NCBI GenBank assembly: GCA_963779015.1
Contig: CAVZWY010000022.1
Coordinates: 3,890-67,889, forward strand
DNA length: 64,000 nucleotides
Origin: an uncultured Planctomycetaceae bacterium
Lineage (GTDB): Bacteria > Planctomycetota > Planctomycetia > Pirellulales > PALSA-1355
Direction: 5' to 3'
Under the pieces are notes generated by a model. It saw nothing but the letters and a program-made list of their open reading frames with translations, did not search any database and had not been told where the DNA came from. A program made the position numbers and the translations under genes. Positions 29,647-39,476 of this stretch are shown here, piece by piece; positions within the stretch are counted from its first letter, which is position 1, and every line of letters begins with the position of its first letter.

Positions 29647-30936
29647 TCATTTGCCCAGCGCTGCCAGGTCGTCGAAGAACCGCGGATAGGTTTTCGCCGT
29701 GCAGCCCGGGGCGTTGATCACGACACCGGGAATTCTCAGGCCGGCCAGGGCCATGCTCATCGCCATGCGATGGTCGGCGTAAGTGTCGATCGTCTCGCCG
29801 TGGAGCGAACCCGGTTGAATCCTTAACCCGTCCGGCCTTTCGGTCACTTCCGCTCCGAGTTTGCGCAATTCGGTGGCCAAGGCGGCAATGCGGTCCGTCT
29901 CTTTGTGGCGAATGTGCGCCACGCCACGGATATCGGTCGGCCCGCTGGCGAACAGTGCCACGGCGGCCAGCGTTTGCACGGTGTCGCTGATCGCGTTCAT
30001 CTCCAGCTCGACCCCCACCAACGGACCGCCTTCCACCGTGATGCCGTCCGGCGCGTAGGTGACACGGCAGCCCATCTTGGCCAGGCAATCGCAAAACGCC
30101 ACGTCGCCTTGCAAGCTGTCGCGCGAAAGGCCGGCCACGCGCACGCGTCCGCCCGCAATCGCCGCTGCCGCCCAGAAGTAGCTGGCCGCCGACGCGTCGG
30201 GCTCGATTTCGTATGTCCGCGCCGTATATCCGGTGCGGGCGATTTCGAAACGCGACAACTCGTCGTCGTGCGAGACCTGGGCGCCAAACGCTCGCATCAC
30301 GTCCACGGTCATGCGTGCATACGGCTGGGACACCAACGGACCGTCGATCGTGATTTCCACGGGCGTCTCGGAACTTCCGGCGGCGGATGGGGCCACGAGC
30401 AACAGCGCCGTGAGGAACTGGCTGGACACATCGCCGCGAATCCGAGCGCGGTCGAGCGCCAGGCCAGCGGCGCGCACCATCACCGGCGGACAGCCGGTTC
30501 CCATTTCACTACCGGCATCCACGCCGATAGCGGCCAGCGCGTCGAGCAGGTCCTTGATCGGTCGCTCGTGCATGCGCGGCGTGCCGTGCAAGCGATAGAT
30601 CCCGTGCCCCAGGGCGACAAGCGCCGTCAAGAACCGCACCGTGGTGCCGCTATTGGCGATATATAGGTCGGCGAAGTTTTGCGGAATGTCACCCCCTCGG
30701 CCGCCGACGATGAGCGTTTGCCCGTCGTGCTGCTCCTCGATCGAAAAATCCAGCGCCCTTAGCGCGTCGATCATCACCTGCGTGTCTTCGCTCGCCAGCG
30801 CGCCGCTGAGCGTCGAAGTGCCCCGCGCCAGCGCGGCGCATACCAGCGCGCGGTTGGTCAGGCTCTTGGATCCGGGCGGGCGCACTTCGGCGTCGAGCGG
30901 TTGGCCCAGGGGATGGATTTCAATGCTCTCGGGCAC
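29647..30936 (-). CDS. aroA: 3-phosphoshikimate 1-carboxyvinyltransferase (EPSP synthase)
   Basis: The protein contains PPGSKSLTNRALVCAALARGTSTLSGALASEDTQVM. The start is placed at GTG 30936 (429 aa). The ORF stays open up to 31176, but that stretch would overlap the upstream gene. Confidence 0.9.
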   Translation of the reverse strand: MPESIEIHPLGQPLDAEVRPPGSKSLTNRALVCAALARGTSTLSGALASEDTQVMIDALRALDFSIEEQHDGQTLIVGGRGGDIPQNFADLYIANSGTTVRFLTALVALGHGIYRLHGTPRMHERPIKDLLDALAAIGVDAGSEMGTGCPPVMVRAAGLALDRARIRGDVSSQFLTALLLVAPSAAGSSETPVEITIDGPLVSQPYARMTVDVMRAFGAQVSHDDELSRFEIARTGYTARTYEIEPDASAASYFWAAAAIAGGRVRVAGLSRDSLQGDVAFCDCLAKMGCRVTYAPDGITVEGGPLVGVELEMNAISDTVQTLAAVALFASGPTDIRGVAHIRHKETDRIAALATELRKLGAEVTERPDGLRIQPGSLHGETIDTYADHRMAMSMALAGLRIPGVVINAPGCTAKTYPRFFDDLAALGK

Positions 30937-31003
30937 GATCGTGAGCCCTGTTCGGCGAAAGGTCAACGTGGACAGCGAAAAAGGAGCAGGGTCGCAAGCG
31001 AGT

Positions 31004-32242
31004 TCAGCGTTCGGCGATCTTCCACAAATGCTTGTCGCTGCGCACATACAATGCGCCGGATGAAATCGCCGGCGACGCTTGAATCGGCCCTTCCAACTTT
31101 CCCTTGCCGATGATCTCGGCCTCGCCATTTTCTTGCAATTCCACGACTTGGCCCGACCCGTCCTGGTTGATCGCATACAGCCGATTGCCGACCAGCGCGG
31201 GCGTGCCCCAGTAGGCTCCTTCCAATCGGACGCGCGTCAGGATTTTGCCATCGGCCACGTCGGCACTCGTCAGCACCCCAGCCCGATTGACCATATACAA
31301 CCGTCCGTCGGCGGACAGCATGCTGGCGGCGCCCGGTTGCAGACGCGATTCGTTCCATAGCACTTCCGGCGTGGCCGTCGAGTCCGGACGGATGGCCGTG
31401 GTTCCGTTCGATGCCACATACACGACGCCGTCGACGACCAGCGCCGACGAAATCGCGTCACACGCTCCTTCATACGCCCACACCTCGCGACCCGTTTTCG
31501 GTTCGTGCGCCGAGAGCTTTGTGGTGGACTGCACCAGCACCAGGTCTTCGCCGGGCTTCTCGCCCCGCGCCGCTACGGGCGAAGCCCAACTGGCTTCGCG
31601 CGGCCGCTCGACGCGCCACAGCGGCTCGCCCGTCTTCTTGTTGACTCCGGTGACGAACGAATCACCCTGGCATTCCACCTGCGCGACGACCGTTTCGCCG
31701 ATCACCAATGGCGAGGAGGACATGCCGACGTCGTTTCCTGCTTTGGGAAAATCATAGGCCAGCCCGCGCAACCACTTCAGATTGCCATCCAGATCCAAGC
31801 AGATCAGATCGTTCGAGGAGAAGAAGGCAAAGATCGATTCACCGTCGCTCACCGGCGTGGGCGCGGCGTTGGCACTGGAAGGATGCGACAATGTGCGGCC
31901 CGTGGCCCAGAATTGCCGCTCCCACAGTTGCTTGCCGCCGCCGGCGTCGAAGCACAGCACGTGCAGTCGATCCTGATTGATTCCGCTGGAGGACGTGACG
32001 ATCACGCGGTCGCCCACCACGATCGGGCTCGACGGGCCACGCCCGGGTAAATCGACTTTCCAGGCGATGTTCTCGCCGTCACTCCAGGAGACCGGCGGCT
32101 GCGCGTCATCGGTGACACTGTTGCTGCCGGGGCCGCGAAACTGCGGCCAGTCGCCGGCCCACAACGTTGGCGAATAACTGCCAATGGCCAAGGCTCCAAA
32201 GGTCAGAGCTAGTGTCGCACGGTAGAGCAGGGGATGGATCAC
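31004..32242 (-). CDS. PQQ-like beta-propeller repeat protein (secreted)
   Basis: It has a signal peptide, WPQFRGPGSNSV and repeated ...G.lyA.d..tG...W motifs. Confidence 0.8.
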   Translation of the reverse strand: MIHPLLYRATLALTFGALAIGSYSPTLWAGDWPQFRGPGSNSVTDDAQPPVSWSDGENIAWKVDLPGRGPSSPIVVGDRVIVTSSSGINQDRLHVLCFDAGGGKQLWERQFWATGRTLSHPSSANAAPTPVSDGESIFAFFSSNDLICLDLDGNLKWLRGLAYDFPKAGNDVGMSSSPLVIGETVVAQVECQGDSFVTGVNKKTGEPLWRVERPREASWASPVAARGEKPGEDLVLVQSTTKLSAHEPKTGREVWAYEGACDAISSALVVDGVVYVASNGTTAIRPDSTATPEVLWNESRLQPGAASMLSADGRLYMVNRAGVLTSADVADGKILTRVRLEGAYWGTPALVGNRLYAINQDGSGQVVELQENGEAEIIGKGKLEGPIQASPAISSGALYVRSDKHLWKIAER

Positions 32243-32248
32243 TCGCGG

Positions 32249-33434
32249 TTACTCCGTGGTGGCTTGCGCCGTGGCTTCGCGCGGGCGAGGGCGCGGAGCA
32301 GGGCGATCGGTCGAGAGAATGGCCTGACCCAGCGCGTCGCAAACGCGCAATTGAAACTTCCAATCCTGGGCCCAGTCCTCGGTTTGTTCGTTCTGGCAGA
32401 TCTTGACCAGGATCACGTTCTTGCCCTTCTTCAGCGTTCCATGGCCGACATACTGGTCGATGGCCTCGTTGGTGTGATAGGTGTCGGCCGATGCCAACAG
32501 TTGGCCGTTGAGCCACAGTTTCACGGCGTTGCCCGATCCGAGGCGCACATCGGCGGGGCGCTCCTGGTCGCTGATGAACTCGGCCATGGCATAACCGGCG
32601 GCGCCCATGTGCTTGCCAATTGCCTTGTTCAGATCCACCGAACCGTATTCATCGTCGGTATGATGCTCGGTCCATCTCGCCTCGCCGGCCAAACCGTCGT
32701 AATCCGCCGACAGGTCGATCGATTCCTCGGGAGGATAGACCTTGTCGAAGCCCGTGCCGCCGGTGCTGTCAAACGGGCCGATCAGCTTCCAATCGAGAAT
32801 GAAACCGAAATGCTCGGCCAGATCGACTGGGTTGCCCAACTTGTCGAGCGCCTCAGCCACCAGTTTCACCTGGTCGAGATCGCGCCGCGGAGAGCGCTTT
32901 GCGATAGTTGTCGATGGCCTCGTCGGTTTGCTCCTGCTCGGCCGCTGCTTCTGCCTCGGCAATCACGCGGGCCACGGCGTCGCGCCGTAACTCGAGGGAC
33001 GGGTCGTCCAGCATGCCTGGAATCAAACGATCGGGCGCGGACGAATCGACACGGGCGATCCATTCGTACGCGAGACGTCGGGCTCGGGGATTGTGCTGCC
33101 GCTGGCGGAGGAATTCTTCCAGCCCGGCGGTGGGCAATGGTTCGCCGCTGTTTACATGTCGCTCGGCGATCGCATCCACGGCGGCGCGGATCCAGTTGGC
33201 GGCCAGCGGATCGGCGTTGTCCAACGCGGCCAGGATGGTCGGCAATTGGTAGGCGTCGGCCGAGCCGGTCAGGGCCGCCCAAGCTTGTGAGGCGTCCCGA
33301 TTGCCCACGCCCTCGCGTTCCACTTTCTGCATGGCCGCCAGCCATTGCGCGACGCCGTCGGATTGAGCCACGGCCGGCATGCACGCTCCCAGCCATAGCA
33401 AGGTTGCGGATGCCGTGACAACAAACGATCGCAT
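32249..33434 (-). CDS. secreted hypothetical protein (helical N-domain plus beta-sandwich-like C-domain), frameshifted near 32870-32890
   Basis: It has the signal peptide MRSFVVTASATLLWLGACMPAVAQ. ...NYRKALSAAR in ORF 32853..33665 continues as DLDQVKLVAEALDKLG... in ORF 32249..32962. Confidence 0.5.
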
Positions 33435-33665
33435 ACGAGTCTCCGGTCGAGTATCTACGGGCGGAATTCCGGGCGTATTTGGGAGGTTAGGGGCGGGGCA
33501 TCGCGGGGGCTGCCGAGGATGTGCCCATTGTAGTGCATCGGCTACGGCGAGGGAACGTGTCGGAGCGCATGTTCGGGCGTGCCGGCCGTGACGCGAGCCA
33601 TTACAATACAACGATGGCAACGCATTCCCACGGCAACTGAATTCCAACGGCTCGGACCAAGGCAA

Positions 33666-35946
33666 ATGCGACAGCTCAAACGTGGTGGCGGATGGCAGGC
33701 GGTTTGGTACACGCTGCGCAAGGCACGTGAAGCGGGCGGCGTCGTCAAACTTTGGAAAGCGATGCGCTCAAAAAACGCCTGCAAGACCTGCGCCCTGGGC
33801 ATGGGAGGCCAGGCCGGTGGAATGGTCAACGAGGTGGGACACTTTCCCGAAGTCTGCAAAAAATCGCTCCAAGCCATGGCCGCCGACATGCAAGGCGCCA
33901 TCCGGCCCGAATTCTTCGAGACCTATTCCATTCCACAGCTTCAGGCGTTTTCGCCTCGCGAACTGGAGAGCTGCGGGCGGATCGCAACCCCGTTATTGCT
34001 AACCAAAGGCTCACAAAAATATCGCCCGATCGAATGGGACGAGGCGCTTGAGCGCATCGAAACCAAGCTCACGCAAATTGCGCCGCGCGAAAGCTTCTGG
34101 TACTTCAGCGGCCGCAGTTCGAATGAGGCGGGTTTCTTGTTGCAGTTGCTGGCGCGGCTGTACGGCACCAACAACGTCAACAACTGCAGCTACTATTGTC
34201 ACCAGGCCAGCGGCGTGGGGCTCAACCAATCGCTGGGCACCGGCACGGCCACGGTCTCGCTGGCCGACGTCGAGGGCGCCGACCTCGTGTTCTTGATCGG
34301 CGGCAATCCGGCCAGCAACCATCCGCGCTTGTTGCGCACGCTAATGCAGGTGCGCCGCAATGGCGGGCAGGTGATTGTCGTCAACCCCGTGATCGAGACC
34401 GGGCTGGTCAACTTTGCCGTACCCAGCGACGTGCGCAGCTTGCTTTTTGGTTCCGAGATTGCCAGCTTGTACGTCCAGCCGCACATCGGTGGAGATTTGG
34501 CGTTGCTGACCGGTGTGGCCAAACGCATCGAAGAAATGGGCGCCAGCGATGTGCCGTTCTTGGAGCGGCACACGACCGGGTGGGAAGAATTCAAAACGCA
34601 TCAGGCTGAGATTTCCTGGCATGAAATCTGCGAAAAGTCGGGCGTGTCGCGCCACGACATCGACGAGATGGCCCGCCGCTATGCGGCCGCCCAGCGCGTT
34701 GTTTTCGCGTGGACGATGGGCATTACCCACCATGTACACGGCGTGCAAAACGTGCGCGCGATCGCAAATCTGGCGCTGATGCGCGGCATGGTCGGCCGGC
34801 CCCATGCCGGACTGATGCCGATCCGCGGCCACTCGAATGTACAAGGCATGGGCTCGATGGGGGTGACGCCCAAACTCAAGGACGCCATCCTCGAACGCCT
34901 GCAGAGTCATTTCGGAGTGCAACTGCCCAGCGAGGCCGGGCTCGACACCATGGCCTGCATGGAAGCCGCGGCGCGCGGGGAACTCAAGTTCGGTTGGTGC
35001 CTGGGAGGCAACCTCTACGGCTCAAATCCCGATGCCGGCGCTGACGGCACGTGCGCTGGAAAAGCTCGAATTGCTCATCTACCTGAACACCACGTTGAAC
35101 ACCGGGCATGCACATGGCCTTGGGCAGGACACGATCATCCTGCCGGTGCTTGCTCGCGATGAAGAGCCGCAGCCCACGACGCAGGAGTCGATGTTCAACT
35201 TTGTGCGTTTGAGCGATGGCGGTCCGGCCCGCCTGGCGGGGCCGCGCAGCGAAGTGCGGATCGTTGCCGAGTTGGGCCGCCGCCTCAAAGGGTCTGGCGG
35301 GCCGGTGGATTGGGAGCAGATGGCCGAAACGGGGCGCATTCGCCAGGCCATCGCCCGGATCATCCCCGGCTGGGAAAAAATCGGCCAGATTGACGCAACC
35401 AGGCAGGAATTCGAGATCGCAGGTCGCCGCATCAGCGAGCCGAAGTTTCCCACGTCCAGCGGCCGGGCCAGCTTGCAGGTGCACTCCCTGCCCCCGTTGG
35501 CTGGCAGCGACGGCCAATTGCGGCTGATGACGGTCCGCAGCGAGGGCCAATTCAACACCGTGGTGTACGAGGACTACGATCTGTATCGTGGCCAGGATCG
35601 CCGTGACGTCGTGCTCGTGCATCCCACGGATCTGGCCGCTCGGGGGATCACAAACGGTCAACGGGTGACGGTCGCGAGCGAAACCGGTGCTTTAAGTAAC
35701 ATCATCGCAAGGGCTTACGACAGAATTCGTGCCGGCAACGTGCTCATGTACTTTCCCGAGGCCAACGTCCTGGTGCCGCGAAAAGTAGATCCCGCCTCGC
35801 GCACCCCGGCCTTCAAGAACGTGCTGGTCACGCTGGAGCCCATGCCGGCCCGCCCAGGCGAAGCGGTCGCAAGCAATGGATATGGCGGGGTGTACACGCC
35901 GGCGGCAGCCGGGCCATCCTCCCGGGACCAGATGCGGGCCTGCTGA
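33666..35946 (+). CDS. FdhF/YdeP-family molybdopterin oxidoreductase, frameshifted near 35030-35045
   Basis: The protein contains GGGWQAVWYTLRKA, CKTCALGMGGQ and the molybdopterin domains. ...GGNLYGSNPDA in ORF 33579..35162 continues as ALTARALEKLELLIYLNTTLNTGH... in ORF 35032..35946. Confidence 0.8.
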
Positions 35947-36149
35947 GCCGATCGGACGCTATCGTGCCAATGGGAAGAAGGCATCCCCCCTGGATGTCGG
36001 TCTATTTCTACCCGAGTGGTCTGGTATTTCGATTACTTTTGGTTAAGATGACGGGGATTCACGCTAGTGGATTGCGAGCGCCGTGTGGCCACCGGTCTGG
36101 GCGTTTAGCAGACTGTTTTTCATGTGTTTGTGTTTAGGAGTGTGTGTGT

Positions 36150-36362
36150 ATGGCGGCCGGTAAGATTAAAAAGATTGTTCAGGACAAGGGCTTTGGTTTC
36201 ATTCAGACCGACAGCGGACAAGACGTGTTTTTCCATCACTCGACCGTGGCCGATCAGGGCTTCGATACGTTGAGCGAAGGTCAGCAGGTCGAGTACACCG
36301 TGGACGACGGCGCCTCGAACAAGGGCAAAGGTCCCCGGGCTGCGTCGGTCGTGCCCGCCTAG
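36150..36362 (+). CDS. csp: cold-shock protein (CspA family)
   Basis: MAAGKIKKIVQDKGFGFIQTDSGQDVFFHHS contains the RNP1 and RNP2 motifs. Confidence 0.92.
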   Translation: MAAGKIKKIVQDKGFGFIQTDSGQDVFFHHSTVADQGFDTLSEGQQVEYTVDDGASNKGKGPRAASVVPA

Positions 36363-36406
36363 TGAGGGAGTACCCCCCAGGAAACTCAAGAAACATTGAA
36401 CGGGCA

Positions 36407-36439
36407 GCGGGCCGGGCATCCCCCGGCCCGCTTTGTTTT
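36407..36439 (+). terminator. rho-independent terminator after csp (placed between convergent genes)
   Basis: A 10-bp perfect stem, GCGGGCCGGG pairing with CCCGGCCCGC, has the loop CATCC and is followed by TTTGTTTT. Confidence 0.7.
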
Positions 36440-36465
36440 GCGCACTTGCGCATCCCTCGTGCGAA

Positions 36466-36744
36466 CTACTTGCCGTCGGCGGTGGTCGGATCGATGACGG
36501 CTTTCACCTCGGAAATGCAGTTGGCCGGAAATCCCGCCTGCTGGGCATGTTCCTCGATCATTTGCTTGTTCGGTGCAATGTAGACGCAGTAGATCTTGTC
36601 ATCCGTCACATAGCTGTGCTGCCATTGAATTTGCGGCCCCAGCTTCCGCAACACGTTGCACGATGTCTGCGAGGCAGCCTGAAGCGCGTCGGGCGGCAGC
36701 GAGCCGGCACCCGGCATGTTTCGTTCGATCACGTATTTCGGCAT
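36466..36744 (-). CDS. DUF4242-like small protein
   Basis: The protein reads MPKYVIERNMPGAGSLPPDALQAASQTSCNVLRKLGPQIQWQHSYVTDDKIYCVYIAPN. The start is taken at the internal Met of ORF 36466..36888. Confidence 0.6.
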   Translation of the reverse strand: MPKYVIERNMPGAGSLPPDALQAASQTSCNVLRKLGPQIQWQHSYVTDDKIYCVYIAPNKQMIEEHAQQAGFPANCISEVKAVIDPTTADGK

Positions 36745-36941
36745 CGCATGGGTCTCCTGGTTCGCCTGCGTGAAATCATCCAACATCGACCAAGATTCTG
36801 CCCCAACGGCCGGCCCGTCGCAATAAGTCAGACGGCGGACAATTTGACGCCGGCACAAGTGGTGCGCATGATCGTGTTCATGCAGCACCTAACTTTTCGC
36901 CTCGCCCAAGCGTTGATTCTGGCTCTACTCGGGCGCATCCG

Positions 36942-38023
36942 TTGTGCGCGCTCGACGTCGAGCATGTCGTTGTTTATCGCGAGAGCGGTCGGTTCGGCGG
37001 CTGGCCGGCCAATCACGGCATGTGGAATTGGGGCGACGAGCTCCTGGTGGGCTTTAGCGCCGGTTACTACAAGGACAACGGGCGCGGCTATCACGCGATC
37101 GACCACGAACGGCCCGAGGAACATCTGCTGGCGCGCAGTCTCGATGGCGGCTTGACCTGGAAGATCGAAAACCCGGCCGAGCAGGGCGCGCTCATTCCCG
37201 CGGCGAAGCGCTGCACGGCACCGAGTTGCCCCGCGTAGTCGATCGTCCTTGGGTCGATTGTCCTGGCGGAATCGACTTTGCGCATCCCGACTTCGCCATG
37301 ACGCTGCGCATGTCGGACAACCACGGCGGCATGTCGCGCTTCTTCTATTCCTACGATCGCGGACACACCTGGCAGGGACCGTTCAAGTTTCCCATGCTGG
37401 GACTCAAGGGAATTGCTTGCCGCACTGACTATCTGGTCAACGGCCCGCACGATTGTTCGGTCTTCTCGACGGCGTCGAAGTCGAACGGGCTCGAAGGGCG
37501 GCCGTTTTGCGCTCGCACCACCGACGGCGGCAAAACGTGGAACTTCGTCGGCTGGATCGGCCCGGAGCCGCCCGGCTATGCGATCATGCCCTCCACCGTG
37601 CGGCTGGCCGACAACGGACTGCTCTCGGCAATTCGCGTTCGCGACGGCGACCGTAGTTGGATCGAAGCGTACTTCTCCGGCGATCAGGGCGTGCAGTGGG
37701 AGAAACGCAGCACGCCGGCGCCCGACACCGGAGAAGGCAATCCCGCGGCCATGCTGCGATTGCAGGACGGCCGAATCTGCATCACCTATGGCGTGCGCGC
37801 CGAGCCTTTTGGCATGCGTGCGCGGCTCAGCAACGACGACGGGCGCACCTGGGGCCGAGAAATCGTGCTGCGCGACGATGGCGGCGGCCGCGACCTGGGC
37901 TATCCGCGCAGCATCCAGCGTCCCGATGGCAAGGTGGTGACGACCTACTACTTCTATCACGACCATGTCGAGCCGCGCTACATCGCCGCCACCATCTGGG
38001 ATCCGGCCCAAGTGACCGACTAG
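36942..38023 (+). CDS. BNR/sialidase-fold (exo-alpha-sialidase-like) protein, frameshifted near 37195-37210
   Basis: SxDxGxTW-type repeats are present (SLDGGLTW, SYDRGHTW, TTDGGKTW, SGDQGVQW, SNDDGRTW). ...GALIPA joins ...ALHGTELPRVVDRPW only across a 1-nt shift. Confidence 0.65.
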
Positions 38024-38208
38024 CGGCCAGTTTCCCGCCCGGAACGGTTGGTTGAATTCAAAGCCGTGCGGCCCGGATTCTCATTCTCGGACGCGATTGG
38101 CGGCCTAGTCAGCAACAATTGTCTGGACAACAATTGTCTGGACCGATAGTATAGTAAGTGGCGCAACTCTTGTGCCCACTGTACTTTCGCATCACCGGAA
38201 ATGCTTCC

Positions 38209-39459
38209 ATGGGCTCCGCAAATGGCTCGGCGGTGAAATCAGACGTCGACGTGGTCGTCATCGGCGGCGGTCCGGCTGGCTCCACCGTATCGACCCTGGT
38301 CGCACAACAAGGCTATCGGGTGGAATTGTTCGAACGCGAGCACTTTCCCCGGTTCCATATCGGTGAGTCGTTAATCCCCGAAACGTACTGGGTCTTCGAG
38401 CGGCTCAACATGCTCGACAAGCTGCGCAACAGCCCCTTCGTGAAGAAACACAGTGTGCAGTTTGTCGGCTCGAGCGGGCGGCTGTCCGAACCGTTCTATT
38501 TCTGGGACAACAAGCCGCACGAATGCTCGCAGACCTGGCAGGTGTTGCGGAGCGAATTCGATAAGATGATGCTCGACAACGCGCGCGAGCACGGCGTGCA
38601 AGCCCACGAAGGCGTGCGTGTGTTGGAGGTGCTGTTCGAGGGCGAACGCGCCGTCGGCGTGCGCATCAAGGGAGAGGACGGCGCCGAGCGCACCGTGCAC
38701 GCCAAAGTCGTCGTCGATGCCAGTGGCCAAAGTACGATGATTTCCAGCCGCCTGAAGTTGCGCGTGACGGATCCCGATCTCAAGAAGGGCGCGGTGTGGA
38801 GCTACTTCGAGGGCGCCTATCGCGACGAAGGCCGCGATGAGGGCGCCACGATGGTGCTGGCGACCGAAGGCCGCAAGGGTTGGTTCTGGTACATTCCGCT
38901 GCACCGCAACATCGTCAGCGTCGGCGTCGTCTCGTCGTTCGAATATCTGTTCGACGGACGCGGCAGCCACGAGCAGATTTTCCATGAAGAACTCCAGCGC
39001 TGCCCGGCGGCCAAAAAACGCGTCTCGCAGGGCAAACGCGCCGCCGATTTCTACGCCACCAAGGACTACTCCTATCGTGCCAGCCGGGCTGCCGGCGACG
39101 GTTGGGTACTGGTCGGCGATGCATACGGCTTTCTCGATCCGCTGTATTCTTCGGGCGTGTTGCTGGCGCTCAAGTCGGGGCAGTTCGCAGCCGATGCGAT
39201 CGTCGACGGCCTGGCCAAGGGTGACACTTCGGCCGCGCAATTGGGCAACTGGACTTCCGGATACAACAAGGGCATGGAACGCATGCGGCGGCTGGTCTGC
39301 GAATACTACGACGGCTTCAGCTTCGGACAGTTCATCAAGCGCCATCCCGACCTGAAGGGGCACATCACCGACCTGTTGATCGGCGATTTGTTCGACGACA
39401 AAGTGGACGACGTCGTCGGGCCCATGAACGCCATGAAGAACGGCGCCGCGGCAGAATAG
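38209..39459 (+). CDS. FAD-dependent oxidoreductase, flavin-dependent-halogenase-like
   Basis: The protein has the GxGxxG motif (VVVIGGGPAGS), the WxWxIP motif (GWFWYIPL) and GFLDPLYSSGV. The start is taken at MGSANGS. Confidence 0.7.
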   Translation: MGSANGSAVKSDVDVVVIGGGPAGSTVSTLVAQQGYRVELFEREHFPRFHIGESLIPETYWVFERLNMLDKLRNSPFVKKHSVQFVGSSGRLSEPFYFWDNKPHECSQTWQVLRSEFDKMMLDNAREHGVQAHEGVRVLEVLFEGERAVGVRIKGEDGAERTVHAKVVVDASGQSTMISSRLKLRVTDPDLKKGAVWSYFEGAYRDEGRDEGATMVLATEGRKGWFWYIPLHRNIVSVGVVSSFEYLFDGRGSHEQIFHEELQRCPAAKKRVSQGKRAADFYATKDYSYRASRAAGDGWVLVGDAYGFLDPLYSSGVLLALKSGQFAADAIVDGLAKGDTSAAQLGNWTSGYNKGMERMRRLVCEYYDGFSFGQFIKRHPDLKGHITDLLIGDLFDDKVDDVVGPMNAMKNGAAAE

Positions 39460-39476
39460 TCGCAGGGACGCGCGGG

